Shown here: positions 27,815-38,709 of the stretch, piece after piece
Layout: the number at the start of each line of letters is the position of its first letter
Position numbering within the stretch: the first letter of the stretch is position 1
NCBI GenBank assembly: GCA_042218065.1
Contig: JBDGRL010000012.1
Coordinates: 4,244 to 68,243 of the forward strand
Source of the DNA: Candidatus Magasanikiibacteriota bacterium
GTDB taxonomy: Bacteria; Patescibacteriota; Patescibacteriia; Magasanikbacterales; UBA922
Reading direction: 5' to 3'
Length of the DNA stretch: 64,000 nucleotides
Notes under the pieces: model-generated
What the model saw: only the letters and a program-made list of their open reading frames with translations
Told to the model about the DNA's origin: nothing
Databases searched by the model: none
Program-made: the position numbers and the translations under genes

Positions 27815-28429
27815 TTAACCTTCCTTATTTTTTTTAATTCTATTTTTTAAAGCACTTCCTAAAGTTACCTCATCAGCATATTGTAAGCTGCTGCCCATAG
27901 GTAAGCCCCGAGCTAATCTGGAGATAGTAATATCGGGGTTTATTTTTTTTATCTTCTTTTCTATGTACATCATAGTAGTTTCACCGCTCATATCATGGTT
28001 TAAAGCTAAAATAACTTCTTCTACATCTTGGTTTTTAATTCTCTTTAACAATTCTTTTACTTTTAGGTACTTTATATTCTCCTCTTTGTCAGATTCAATT
28101 GTGCCTCGTAGAATGTGGTAGACACCCTGGAAATCTTCTACTTTTTCTATTGCTTGTTTTTGTTGAGGCTGGGCTACTACACAGATAGTAGATTTATCTC
28201 TATTGGAGTTTTTACAAACTTTACAAGGAGATTGATCAGAGAAGTCCCAGCAAACTTCGCAACTTTCTATTTCTTTTAGCAGCTCTTTTAAAGCTACTGC
28301 AAGTTCACCGGCTTCTTTTTTTCCTGATTTTAAGATATGAAAGATATACCTTTCGGCGGTTTTATTACCTACTCCAGGTAAATTCTTAAAAGACTCTTTT
28401 AATTTTTTGATTGGTTCAGGATAAGCCAT
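27815..28429 (-). CDS. recR: recombination protein RecR
   Basis: 204 aa with HhH NLPGVGNKTAERYIFHIL, a C4 zinc finger (CEVC...CKVC) and a Toprim domain. Confidence 0.9.
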   Translation of the reverse strand: MAYPEPIKKLKESFKNLPGVGNKTAERYIFHILKSGKKEAGELAVALKELLKEIESCEVCWDFSDQSPCKVCKNSNRDKSTICVVAQPQQKQAIEKVEDFQGVYHILRGTIESDKEENIKYLKVKELLKRIKNQDVEEVILALNHDMSGETTMMYIEKKIKKINPDITISRLARGLPMGSSLQYADEVTLGSALKNRIKKNKEG

Positions 28430-28531
28430 ATTTGTGAAAATCCCCGCATTTTTTGCGGGGATAGTATTTATTCATGAATTTTTGAGATAATTTTTAGCTG
28501 TTAGTAAATATTTTGAGAAGAAAATTACTTT

Positions 28532-28840
28532 TTACATTCCAGGAATATCAGGCATCCCACCCATATCTTTCATTTGCTTGGCCATTTTTTTCTGCATTTT
28601 CTTGCTAGCCTTATCATGAGCCTTTTTAATGTATTTTTCTAGTGCACCCTTGTTACTTGGGTCTAGTAAATCTTCGTCTATATCTATATCTACAATATCC
28701 ATATTTCCATTCATCGTAATTTCCACGTTTCCACCTGTTAAGCCTCCTTTAGAAACAGTAATTTCTTCATCCTCTAGTTCACTTTGCATTTCTTTAGCCT
28801 TATCGCGAGCTTCTTTGAATTGTTTTAGTTTGTTGAACAT
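28532..28840 (-). CDS. ybaB: YbaB/EbfC family nucleoid-associated protein
   Basis: 102 aa. MFNKLKQFKEARDKAKEMQSELEDEEITVSKGGLTGGNVEITMNGNMDIVDIDIDEDL is a typical YbaB. The recR-ybaB adjacency is conserved. Confidence 0.85.
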   Translation of the reverse strand: MFNKLKQFKEARDKAKEMQSELEDEEITVSKGGLTGGNVEITMNGNMDIVDIDIDEDLLDPSNKGALEKYIKKAHDKASKKMQKKMAKQMKDMGGMPDIPGM

Positions 28841-28898
28841 AAAATTAAATTATTTATAAACCTCTATTTATTATATCTAATTCTAGCTTATTTTTCAA

Positions 28899-30335
28899 TT
28901 AAACAGGAATATCTTCCTCTTTTACCGGTTCTTGCTGTGATTCTTCAGGAATTTGCTCTTCGTCGTGTGTAGTATCTAAGGATTTGAAGCTAGCAATAGA
29001 CTCATCAAAGAATGTTTTTACCATGCCGGTCGGTCCATTTCTATGTTTTGCTATATGAACTTGAGCTAAGTTTCTTTCGTCCGGGGGAATATCTTCGATT
29101 CGGTAGTTTCTATCGGCAGCTTTTCTATAGATAAACATAACTACATCGGCATCTTGTTCAATGCTACCAGAATCTCTCAAGTGGGATAGCTTAGGGATAG
29201 CTGGTTTATTTTTTTCTACAGCTCGAGACAACTGGGACAAAGCTAATACAGGTACATCTACTTCACGAGCTAGAGCTTTTAGGTTTCTGCTCATCTGGGA
29301 GACTTCTTGAACTCTGTTTCTAGACCCTGATTTTTTATGTGGCTCCATTAATTGCAGGTAGTCTACGATAATCATACCTAGATTATGTTCTGCCTTTAGT
29401 CTTCTGGCTTTAGTTCTTATCTCCATTGCTGTACTTCCAGCAGTATCGTCGATATATATAGGGGCTTCAGATAGTATACCCATAGCATTTCCTATTTTAG
29501 AAAAATCATTACTTTCTGGTTTATCAGATAAATTCCCGGTTCTTAGCTTCCATAGATTTACCTCAGCTTGAGCGCATAATAGTCTATCTACTAGTTGTTC
29601 TTTGCTCATTTCTAGAGAAAACATTCCCACAGGTACATCAGCTTCTACAGCAGCATGTCGAGCAAAATCAAGCGCTAGCGAGGTTTTACCTACTGATGGT
29701 CTAGCGGCTAGGATGATTAAATCTGAACTTTGGAAGCCGGCTAAAATATTGTCGATCTTTTCAAATCCGGTAGGTATACCTCTAAGCTCACCTTTATTAT
29801 CATGTAAGTCGTCTATCCTTTCAAAAGCTTGGTCTAGGACAGACCTAATGTCTGTAAAGTCTTCTTGCAAGTGTCTTTTTCCAACTGAAAAAACTCTTTC
29901 TTGAGCTACATCTAATAATTCATCCAAATCTTGTGATTCTTCATCGTAACTAAGCTTAGAAATTTCGTGTGCAGCCTCAAGCAGCTCTCTAATGATAGAT
30001 TTCTTTTGAACTATATTAGCGTACTCTTCGATATGTGCTGCGGTAGGTACTGAGTTTGATAGTTCAGCCAAATAGCTTTTTCCTCCAATATTTTCAAGTT
30101 TATCCACCTCTTCTAATCTGTTACTAAGGGTGAGCACATCGATCTGCTCGTTGTTGGAATAGAGATCCATCATTGCTTCATAAATTTGCTGATGTTTAAG
30201 TTTGTAGAAATCATTAGCTTCCATTTCATCAGCAATTTTAAACACTGCATCCTCTTCGATAAGGATTGAGCCAAGTAAGCTTTTTTCAGCCTCTATATTG
30301 TGTGGAGGAACTTTTTCTAATTCTTCTTCTGGCAT
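28899..30335 (-). CDS. dnaB: replicative DNA helicase DnaB
   Basis: 478 aa with an N-terminal DnaB domain (PHNIEAEKSLLGSIL), Walker A AARPSVGKTSLALD and a RecA-like C-terminal domain. Confidence 0.93.
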   Translation of the reverse strand: MPEEELEKVPPHNIEAEKSLLGSILIEEDAVFKIADEMEANDFYKLKHQQIYEAMMDLYSNNEQIDVLTLSNRLEEVDKLENIGGKSYLAELSNSVPTAAHIEEYANIVQKKSIIRELLEAAHEISKLSYDEESQDLDELLDVAQERVFSVGKRHLQEDFTDIRSVLDQAFERIDDLHDNKGELRGIPTGFEKIDNILAGFQSSDLIILAARPSVGKTSLALDFARHAAVEADVPVGMFSLEMSKEQLVDRLLCAQAEVNLWKLRTGNLSDKPESNDFSKIGNAMGILSEAPIYIDDTAGSTAMEIRTKARRLKAEHNLGMIIVDYLQLMEPHKKSGSRNRVQEVSQMSRNLKALAREVDVPVLALSQLSRAVEKNKPAIPKLSHLRDSGSIEQDADVVMFIYRKAADRNYRIEDIPPDERNLAQVHIAKHRNGPTGMVKTFFDESIASFKSLDTTHDEEQIPEESQQEPVKEEDIPV

Positions 30336-30459
30336 GAAATTTATTTATAGTTCTATCTTATATTAATTTGCTATTTTAATCAACAATTTGACATTCATTG
30401 TATTATTATATTTAATTAAATCAAGTAGAAGCCAGTCGACCTTTACAACGGAGGTAGTC

Positions 30460-31500
30460 ATGAAGATCTCAACAGAAGAAAAAGGAGAGTTTTTAGAAAT
30501 AAAGCATTACCGTCTAGTAAATAAGGGCTGGGAAGTATTTGTTGCTATTTACAATACTGTTTATAATCCAGTTCTAGATTTAGAAACTTCATTGGGTGGA
30601 GCTCGCATAAGAGATTATGAAAATTCTAAAGATGCTCTTAGGGATGTGAAGAGGTTAGCAAAAGGTATGGCATATAAGAATGCTATTCATAATTGTAACT
30701 TTGGGGGAGCTAAGGCAGTCATCAATGCTAATCCAGAGGATAAATCAGAGAGATTGTTCCTGGAATTTGGACAAATCGTAGAAGACTTGGGTGGTATGTA
30801 TATCACTGCTGAAGATATTGGAACCACTGTGGAGGATATGAAGGTTGTTAATCGTAAAACAGAACATGTCTGTGGGCTTGCAGGTGATCCATCGCCGGTT
30901 ACTGCTCAAGGAGTTATTTACGGATTGAAAGCTTGTTTGGATAATAAATATGAAGATGCTTCTTTGGAAGGATTAGAGACCTTGATTCAAGGTGTTGGTA
31001 AAGTTGGTTCTGTTTTAGCAGAAAAACTTGACGAGAAAGGAGCCATAGTTAAGATTTCCGATGTTGATAACAAAAAAATAGAACGAGTGCGTGAAGAGGT
31101 CCCTTCCGTGGAGGTTGTCGATCTTGATAAGGTGTTTGGAACGAAATTTGATATATTTATCCCCTGTGCTGTTGGGGGTGTAATTAATGACAGAACGATC
31201 GATAAACTTAACTGTGATATTGTTGCAGGTGCTGCCAATAATCCTCTGCAAGATCAAAAACGCCATGCTGAAGAATTAAGACAAAAAGATATTCTTTATG
31301 CTCCTGATTACGTTATCAATGGTGGGGGCTTGATAGCGGTTGTAAAGGAGCTTCAGAGCCAGAGTGGCATAGAAGCTGCTATGGAAGAAGTAAAAGAAAT
31401 CAGGCCCAGGCTGGAGCGTGTTTTTGAAATATCTGAAAGAAGAGGTATCCCTACACAAAAAGCTGCAGATAAGTTAGCAGAAAAGAAGGGGGGATTATAA
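30460..31500 (+). CDS. Leu/Phe/Val-type amino-acid dehydrogenase (Glu/Leu/Phe/Val dehydrogenase family)
   Basis: The ATG at 30460 is preceded by GGAGGT. About 346 aa with a GGAK motif (NFGGAKAVI) and a Rossmann fold GVGKVGS. The size fits LeuDH/ValDH rather than GDH. The track ORF starts at an upstream in-frame codon. Confidence 0.7.
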   Translation: MKISTEEKGEFLEIKHYRLVNKGWEVFVAIYNTVYNPVLDLETSLGGARIRDYENSKDALRDVKRLAKGMAYKNAIHNCNFGGAKAVINANPEDKSERLFLEFGQIVEDLGGMYITAEDIGTTVEDMKVVNRKTEHVCGLAGDPSPVTAQGVIYGLKACLDNKYEDASLEGLETLIQGVGKVGSVLAEKLDEKGAIVKISDVDNKKIERVREEVPSVEVVDLDKVFGTKFDIFIPCAVGGVINDRTIDKLNCDIVAGAANNPLQDQKRHAEELRQKDILYAPDYVINGGGLIAVVKELQSQSGIEAAMEEVKEIRPRLERVFEISERRGIPTQKAADKLAEKKGGL

Positions 31501-31515
31501 TAATTTTCATATTTA

Positions 31516-31549
31516 AGCCTGTTCGGCAAGGCCGGACAGGCTTTATTTA
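31516..31549 (+). terminator. strong rho-independent terminator (12-bp stem AGCCTGTTCGGC/GCCGGACAGGCT with one G-U, then TTATTTATT)
   Basis: Long stem with a 3-nt loop and a T-rich tail, immediately after the dehydrogenase stop. Confidence 0.7.
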
Positions 31550-31587
31550 TTGCAAAATAATAAAGTATTTCTTATATTACACCTAAT

Positions 31588-33193
31588 TATGAAAATTTGC
31601 TTTATCCACAATTTATATAAGCCATTTTCTAGAGGTGGAGCAGAGGGATTTGTAGAGAATAAGGCTAAAACATTAAAATCTGAAGGCAAGGAGCCCGTTA
31701 TTATTACAACTAAGCCATGGAGCGGTTGGGGCTGTTGGGATCCGGAAATACAAAAAGAGGATGGGGTTAAAATTTATAGGTTCTGGGTACCAAATTTATG
31801 TTGGTATGGTGACTTAAATAAATATGGAGTTATTTTTAAACTGTTCTGGCATTTTTTTGATATCTTTAATATCTTTAGCGCCTTTATAATCAAGAAAATA
31901 ATAAGAAAAGAAGAGCCAAAAATAGTAAATACTCATAATTTGACCGGAATTGGTTTTTTGCTGCCACGAGTTATAAATCATTTGGATACTATTTTTGTTC
32001 ATACTTTACATGATGTTCAGTTAGTGGAGCCGAGTGGTATATTACACTGGGATCATAAACAAGATAATCTTTTTCAGAAAATATATTCTGGTTTGATGAA
32101 GAATTTATTCGGTTCTCCAGATAAGGTAAACTCTCCTTCTTATTTTCTTAAAGATTTCCATCGAGATAGGGGTTTTTTTAAAGATAGTGAGTGGCAAGTA
32201 AAAGAGTTTGCTCTAAAAAAGAGAAGGAACATAAAACCAAAAAATATAAGTTACTCTCGTATAATTAAATTTTTGTTTGCTGGATCTTTAGAACCACATA
32301 AAGGACTAGGTTCATTAATGAAATCTTGGGATGATTATATTTCGGCAGGGAAAGAGCTTCATATAGCGGGGGATGGTTCAATGAAAGAAAAAATCAGGGA
32401 GTGGTCCAATTATCGCCAAGGAGTAAAAATGTATGGTAGAGTTTCAAAGCAGAAGCTTGATAAGATTTATAATGAGTCTGATGTACTTATTTTTCCTTCA
32501 GTTTGTATAGAAAATAGCCCGGAAGTTATAAAAGAAGCTCTGAATCGTGATTTGTTTGTAGTAGCAGCAGCCACTGGTGGGGTTGTAGAATTTAAAGATT
32601 ACAATGTTTGGTTGTTTGAACCTGGAAATATAGATGAAATGAAGCAAAAGATAGCTGAGGTTAGTGTTAAGGTGCTAATCAAAAGAGGTTTGAGTACCGA
32701 GAAGGAGGATCAGGATATTTTTGAGATTAGATGGGCTAAATATTTCGTTGATTATATAAATGAGAAATTGAACCGAGATTATAGCGTGGAAAATAATAAG
32801 GACCAAAACTCTGATATAGATGTATTTGCGGTATCCAAAAACGAAGATTTTGATACTTTGAATTTGCAATTAACTCAAGTGCATCCTGAGTTTTTTTATG
32901 AAAAAGCTGGGGGTAGATTTGAATTTAAGGATAATTTAGAGAATGAGGAAGATAAAATAGAGATTATGAAAATAAAATATCTGCTTGAAGATGCTATTGA
33001 AAGGAAAAAGAAGGAGTATGCAAAGACTGAAGATATTATACTACTACTTCAGGGTTATTTTCAGGTTAATAAGGTTAAGAGAGCAATAGATTACATGAAT
33101 AAAAAATTTATACAAGATAATAATTTTTCAGGTATATATTATGTATTTCCGGGAATTAACCGAGGTGGTGTTGAGGAGATTAAGGCAATTTAG
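31588..33193 (+). CDS. glycosyltransferase family 4 (GT-B) with C-terminal extension
   Basis: MKICFIHNLYKPFSRGGAEGFVEN is a GT4 N-terminal motif, followed by GT-B C-domain features and about 150 extra C-terminal residues. I prefer the ATG at 31588 over the track start 31550, which abuts the terminator. Confidence 0.6.
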
Positions 33194-33207
33194 TAAAAAA
33201 ACTCTTT

Positions 33208-35325
33208 TTATTTTTTATACTCAAAAACCCAAACTTTATTTTCAAAATTCCAGAACCTGTCTGCATACTTTTTTGCTTCATCTCTGATCTTGGCTGCCGG
33301 ATACCAGTAATCTGTATGAACAAAATATGCTTTATCTGTACCAGCAAAGTTCATAGCCTGTTTCATCCATTTTCTTTTCGGCTTTTTGTAAACCATTTTA
33401 CTAAAGAATTTTTTGTACAAAGCTCCTCCTGTTGGTATTGAGTAAAAATAGTGTTTAGATCCGTTTTTTAGTTTAATATACTTAGCAAACCCAAATTTCT
33501 TTAGAGCCGCTGCTCCTATCATTTGGTTGGTAATGACTATGTAATCTTTCTTGTTGTTAATTTTATCTATAAATTCTACTGCTTTTAGGTCTGCAGTTCT
33601 TACGTTATATCCTGTATATTTGGATACTGCGTCTCTGGTCGGGTAAGTAAAATATAGGGATAGAGCTAATATTGCAGCAGAAACTAGCGAAATAACTACT
33701 TTTTTTTGGTTCTTATTTATTCTTTTGCTTGCATAGTTTAGAATTTTCTCTATTGAGATGATTAATCCTGGGGTTAGAGTTAGTAGAGACAAATCCAGTA
33801 ACCTTTGAGCAAAAACTGTTTCTTCATAGGAGATTATCTTTGAGAAATTCATGCTAGTGGCTAACAAGAAACTAGAGCAGAACAACCCTACAGCAGTAGA
33901 TAAATAAAATTTAGATTTTTTGTCTTTTACAAAAATAAAGCCAGTTATTGCTAAAAAAACTAACAAATACTTCCAAAAATAAACCTTAATATAATATACA
34001 GCCTGCCAATACCACTCAGCTCCACCAAATAGGTACCAATGAGGTTTATCAAATATATTTAAAAAAGATTGATATTGGTAGAGTGGATTGGTTACCTGAC
34101 CGGAATTAGTGAATAAAATGTACAAGGCCATGATTAAGGGTAGACTTAAAATGATAGCAGAAATATATAGGAGCCAACTGATTCTATTTTTAAAAGAAGT
34201 GTATCTGAAAAATAAAGACCCAAAATAAAAAACAGAGGTGGGAATTCCTATAAAGGGGTGGACAGCTAAAGTTGTTAAAGTTAGGATTATACCAAACAAG
34301 TGGTATCCTATTTTTTCTTTACCCCACTCAAACCAGGTCCAAAACAATAGTATTACTGAAAATAATAATGCAAGATTGTTGGGTGTGGTAACTATGAATT
34401 GATTGAGAAGCAAGACTGGCAGTAGGGCTACACTTACAGTTGTAAGCTTCTTATTTTGTTTTTGCATGCAGAAAAATACAGTAAAAGGGATCAAAATAGT
34501 AGCCGCTACAGGCACCAAAGCTGAATCTACAAGGTGTATTGAAATATTAGTGGCAAAATGGGCAAATAATACTAGCATGTATTGTCCTATATAGAAGGGT
34601 CTTTTAGGGGTTATATAGCCATTTTCAGCTATCCATTTTTCTGTGGCTTGATGGATAAATGGATCAAAGCCGAATCCATGTTTATACAGGATTAAAGCAA
34701 TTAGGAAGAAAATTCCAAAATGAAATATAAGTAGTATATAACTCGATATCCTTTCTTTATAGATTTGTAGAAAATATAAAAGTAGGGAAGTGGTAAAAAA
34801 GAATAATATAAAGAACCTCCAGGTCAAAGGTATCCATGGGGATATTATGGTGTCTCCACTTCTATGAAGAAAGAGTAACACAAACAAACCTGCGTACCCT
34901 ACAGTAATCAGTAAAAAAAATAATAATTTTTTGTAGTTTAAATTTTTAATTGGATTTCGTAAGAATTTAGGTTTTTTTAATTTTATAGTAGTGTTAAGAT
35001 AAGCTATCAATGCAGTCAATACTATGATTGAAGCGGAAACTATTACTTTGTTTATTTGAAAAAACCAGTAAATACCTGATAGAATAATGGTTAAGATGCC
35101 ATATATAGCTACTACTCCAAAAATAGTCCTTGAGACTATATCTAAATCTGATAGTAAGTATTTTCCGGAAGTATACCCTATAGATAGTGAAAATAGAAAA
35201 AAGATTATCAGTCCAATAATTTCAGGAAAATTAAACCAAACGGAAAGTAGGATTCCTAGAGACAATATAACCGTGGTAATATTAAGTGTAGTAGTATTAA
35301 ATTTTGTAAGACTTTTTTTATTCAT
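33208..35325 (-). CDS. large polytopic membrane protein (about 14 TM + C-terminal soluble domain), GT-C-like architecture, function unknown
   Basis: 705 aa and extremely hydrophobic, with a soluble region of about 200 aa at the C-terminus. No motif securely recognised. Confidence 0.4.
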   Translation of the reverse strand: MNKKSLTKFNTTTLNITTVILSLGILLSVWFNFPEIIGLIIFFLFSLSIGYTSGKYLLSDLDIVSRTIFGVVAIYGILTIILSGIYWFFQINKVIVSASIIVLTALIAYLNTTIKLKKPKFLRNPIKNLNYKKLLFFLLITVGYAGLFVLLFLHRSGDTIISPWIPLTWRFFILFFFTTSLLLYFLQIYKERISSYILLIFHFGIFFLIALILYKHGFGFDPFIHQATEKWIAENGYITPKRPFYIGQYMLVLFAHFATNISIHLVDSALVPVAATILIPFTVFFCMQKQNKKLTTVSVALLPVLLLNQFIVTTPNNLALLFSVILLFWTWFEWGKEKIGYHLFGIILTLTTLAVHPFIGIPTSVFYFGSLFFRYTSFKNRISWLLYISAIILSLPLIMALYILFTNSGQVTNPLYQYQSFLNIFDKPHWYLFGGAEWYWQAVYYIKVYFWKYLLVFLAITGFIFVKDKKSKFYLSTAVGLFCSSFLLATSMNFSKIISYEETVFAQRLLDLSLLTLTPGLIISIEKILNYASKRINKNQKKVVISLVSAAILALSLYFTYPTRDAVSKYTGYNVRTADLKAVEFIDKINNKKDYIVITNQMIGAAALKKFGFAKYIKLKNGSKHYFYSIPTGGALYKKFFSKMVYKKPKRKWMKQAMNFAGTDKAYFVHTDYWYPAAKIRDEAKKYADRFWNFENKVWVFEYKK

Positions 35326-35345
35326 ATAGTCCTCATTTTAGCATA

Positions 35346-35972
35346 ATGCAAGAAATATCCAACCGCCTTTCTGAAGAAAAAACAGACCTGTTCGAGTTCT
35401 TACAATCTGACAAAGTTCATCCTCATGATAAGCTTTTAGATAAGACTTTCTTAAGGCTTATACCATCTTTCATAACACCTAATTTTCTAACAACTGTAAG
35501 GGTTTTCTTGACCCCTGTAGTATTTTTTTTGATCTCTAGTCAGTATTATAATGTAGGGATTATCTTATTTCTGCTAGCAGCTTTTACTGATGCTATGGAT
35601 GGATCATTAGCAAGAACAAGAGATCAAATCACTAAATTTGGAATGATGTTTGACCCTTTAGCTGATAAGCTTTTGATAGGTTCATTAGTTATTCTGATAG
35701 TTTTTGATATATATAACTTTTGGTTAGCTATGGCTGTTTTGGGTCTAGAGATCGTTTTTATAGTTGTAGCTACAGTAGGTAAAGTAAAGTTTAAAACGAC
35801 AAGAATGGCAAATATCTGGGGGAAAATTAAAATGATATTACAAGTGATAGCTGTATTTGTGACTTTAGCCGGACTTCTACTTCATGCTCCTGAGTTTTTT
35901 ACTTTTGGGGCATGGATTTTTGGTTTAGCCATAGGTTTTGCTATAGTTAGCCTATTTGCTCATGGAATATGA
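35346..35972 (+). CDS. CDP-alcohol phosphatidyltransferase family protein
   Basis: 208 aa. DAMDGSLARTRDQITKFGMMFDPLADK matches the D-G-x2-A-R-x8-G-x3-D-x3-D signature. Confidence 0.8.
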   Translation: MQEISNRLSEEKTDLFEFLQSDKVHPHDKLLDKTFLRLIPSFITPNFLTTVRVFLTPVVFFLISSQYYNVGIILFLLAAFTDAMDGSLARTRDQITKFGMMFDPLADKLLIGSLVILIVFDIYNFWLAMAVLGLEIVFIVVATVGKVKFKTTRMANIWGKIKMILQVIAVFVTLAGLLLHAPEFFTFGAWIFGLAIGFAIVSLFAHGI

Positions 35973-38281
35973 AATTTTTTATGAAGAATATTTTACAAAT
36001 ACCTAAAACTAAGTTAAATTTTGTTATTTTATCTGCCTTGATTACTTTGTCTGTTTTGTCTTTTTTACAGATCAGTTTTTTGCAAGAAATGTGGTTTGGA
36101 TTGATTATAGTAATAATATTAACTGTAGGTTTAGGTAAACTTTGGCATGATATTTTATCTAAAGTTTTTCGTATCAAAAGAGGAAAATACACTACTTACA
36201 TTTTAGGTGGACTTGCGGGTATTATTTTTTGGGGTTTTATATTATCTTTTTTTGTTATTACTTATAAGTTGGCAGATTGGGTAGTTCCAATTAGTATACT
36301 AATAGTCTCTGTTGCTACTTATTATTTGAATAAATATTCTGTTCAAAACAAAGTTCGTCTAAAACCCGGGCATTCTGATATTCATATTAGAAATTTTCTA
36401 TTTTTTACCAACCACAATATCTTATTAGCTTTGTACTTCATGTTTTGGGTGTTGTCTGCTTATTTACTTTTTAACTCAAAAAGTACTGCTTCTTTAATGT
36501 CGCCTTGGATGAATATAGAAAGTGGTTTTGTTTATTCTTTTTTAATTTCAACATTAATACTTGCAGCGATACTTTTATCTAAGCATAAAACAAAGACTAT
36601 CTTATTTGTGATTCTTGCTCACTCCTTACTTTTACATTCATACCTTCCATTATCTCACGTACAACCTTGGGGTGGTGATGTATGGAGACATATAAGCTAT
36701 GAAAAGATATTAATTCAAGAAGAGCCTATTAGACCGATTTTATTTGATTCAAGTTTTAATGTAGTAAATATAGGATTTTTAGAGATACCTCAGCTCTTTA
36801 CTCACTTTCAAAAACTTTCATATTCATTTTTATGGGGTTTAATTTCTACTTTAGCACAATTACTTCAAGCTCCACTTACTGTATTACATAAGTGGCTGGT
36901 ACCTCTGTTGTGGTCTGTGACAGTACCTATAATTTTTTTTCAGATTGGTATAGTTTTATTTAAATCACCTCAGAAATCTCTCTGGTTTTCCTTGCTTAGT
37001 CTTGTACCCTTTAGTTTACAAGCCTTGGGTTCTATAACCTCTCCTGTGTCCTTTGGATATTTAATTTTCTTTTTTAGTGTACTGCTGGGGCTGTTATATT
37101 TACAAGATAGATTTAAGTGGCAGAGAAGAATATTTTTCGGTTTAGCAGTGTTGATGTTTTTTGGTTATTTATTACATAGTTTATTGATATGGCTATTGGT
37201 AGTACTTTTGTTTTTGTGGTTCAGTTTTGACGATATAAAGAATAAAATAATTAGAGTCATCTCTAAAACTTCTACTGTTGTAGTTGCAGTAATTTCTATC
37301 CCTACAATAGAGGTAGTGTACGGAGTAAGTAACTTTGATAATTTTAAACCTTTTTATAGCTTTTTAGACTTTATTAAGTTAATAAGCGGTTGGAAGTATA
37401 CAAAAATTATACAAGCTAATAATTCTTTGATAGGTAACATTTTAATAAATCACACCCCAAACTACGCCTTTAAATCCACTTTAATCACTGATTACAGGTA
37501 TCATGTTTTTATTTTTTCTTCCTTAGTATTAATTGCAGCTATTGTAGGTCTAAGAAATATAATCAAAAACAACAAATCTACCTGGAAAGCAATAGGTTTT
37601 TTATTTTTGGTTAGTTTTTCTGGGTATTTCTTTAGTTGGTACTTTTTGAGTGGTGATCATTTATTAGCTAGAAGACTTAATGGGATGATAGCATTTAGTT
37701 TGCTACTTATTTCTTTGCTTGGAGTATGGAGAGTTATTACATACTTTAGTAAGAATTTATCAAAAAACTCTATTAAGTTAATTTTAGCAGGTATTTTGGC
37801 TTTAACCTCTTTGTTTGCCGCGACCTCTTATATGTCCGGTCCCGATATGCGTGTATTAGCACAGAGTGAGGATGAAAGTGCTGGTTATGTTTGGAGTAAT
37901 ATTTCTGAAAGAAATCTAGATTCAAAGAATCATTGCATTTTGGCAAATACTTGGATCTTATTAAGATTGAGGGCATATTCATCCAACAAGATAATAGGTG
38001 GCGGTTACCCAATCGGAAAACAATTTGCTCAACCCGAACGTATAAAATTACTTAATGAGATAAAAAATAAACCAAGTAGAGACATATTACAGAAATCTCA
38101 TGATATTACTGACTCAGATTTTTGTTGGATAATTTTACCGATAGAGAACTTTTCAGATAAAAAAATAAATGATATAAATCGCATTACGGGTAGTAAACCG
38201 AAATATATGAGAGAGTTTGCAATATGGAAAGAGCAAAAAGAGTTGAAAAAAAGTAGTAAAATAGATAACATAAAAGAGTAA
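35969..38281 (+). CDS. large polytopic membrane protein (GT-C/polymerase-like architecture), function unknown
   Basis: 770 aa with more than 15 TM segments and C-terminal soluble parts. It overlaps the upstream gene by 4 nt. Confidence 0.4.
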   Translation: MKFFMKNILQIPKTKLNFVILSALITLSVLSFLQISFLQEMWFGLIIVIILTVGLGKLWHDILSKVFRIKRGKYTTYILGGLAGIIFWGFILSFFVITYKLADWVVPISILIVSVATYYLNKYSVQNKVRLKPGHSDIHIRNFLFFTNHNILLALYFMFWVLSAYLLFNSKSTASLMSPWMNIESGFVYSFLISTLILAAILLSKHKTKTILFVILAHSLLLHSYLPLSHVQPWGGDVWRHISYEKILIQEEPIRPILFDSSFNVVNIGFLEIPQLFTHFQKLSYSFLWGLISTLAQLLQAPLTVLHKWLVPLLWSVTVPIIFFQIGIVLFKSPQKSLWFSLLSLVPFSLQALGSITSPVSFGYLIFFFSVLLGLLYLQDRFKWQRRIFFGLAVLMFFGYLLHSLLIWLLVVLLFLWFSFDDIKNKIIRVISKTSTVVVAVISIPTIEVVYGVSNFDNFKPFYSFLDFIKLISGWKYTKIIQANNSLIGNILINHTPNYAFKSTLITDYRYHVFIFSSLVLIAAIVGLRNIIKNNKSTWKAIGFLFLVSFSGYFFSWYFLSGDHLLARRLNGMIAFSLLLISLLGVWRVITYFSKNLSKNSIKLILAGILALTSLFAATSYMSGPDMRVLAQSEDESAGYVWSNISERNLDSKNHCILANTWILLRLRAYSSNKIIGGGYPIGKQFAQPERIKLLNEIKNKPSRDILQKSHDITDSDFCWIILPIENFSDKKINDINRITGSKPKYMREFAIWKEQKELKKSSKIDNIKE

Positions 38282-38296
38282 AATTAATAAAATAAC

Positions 38297-38701
38297 ATGC
38301 AAGAATGTGATTTTTGTAAAATTGTAGATGGAGAAATCCCTAACCATACAGTGTATGAAGATAACCACTCGCTAGCATTTTTGGATATAAACCCTCAGGC
38401 AAAAGGTCATACGATAGTGATTCCCAAAGTGCATGCAGAAACTTATTTTGATTTGAATGAAGAGCTTGTAAAAGAACTATTTAAGGCAGTGCAAAGAGCT
38501 ATGGAGAATATAGATTCTAAGATTAACCCAGACGGGTACAATGTAGGCTGGAACCAAGGAAAAGCTGGTGGCCAGGTTGTACCGCACCTGCATGTGCACA
38601 TTATGCCCCGATGGGAAGACGACGGCGGAGGCAATATGCACTCTATAGTAGACAGCCCAGGTGATATGAAAGTGGAGGAGGTAGCTGAATTGTTTAATTA
38701 A
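38297..38701 (+). CDS. HIT family hydrolase (histidine triad)
   Basis: 134 aa with an HLHVHIMP histidine triad motif. Confidence 0.85.
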   Translation: MQECDFCKIVDGEIPNHTVYEDNHSLAFLDINPQAKGHTIVIPKVHAETYFDLNEELVKELFKAVQRAMENIDSKINPDGYNVGWNQGKAGGQVVPHLHVHIMPRWEDDGGGNMHSIVDSPGDMKVEEVAELFN

Positions 38702-38709
38702 TAAATGGT

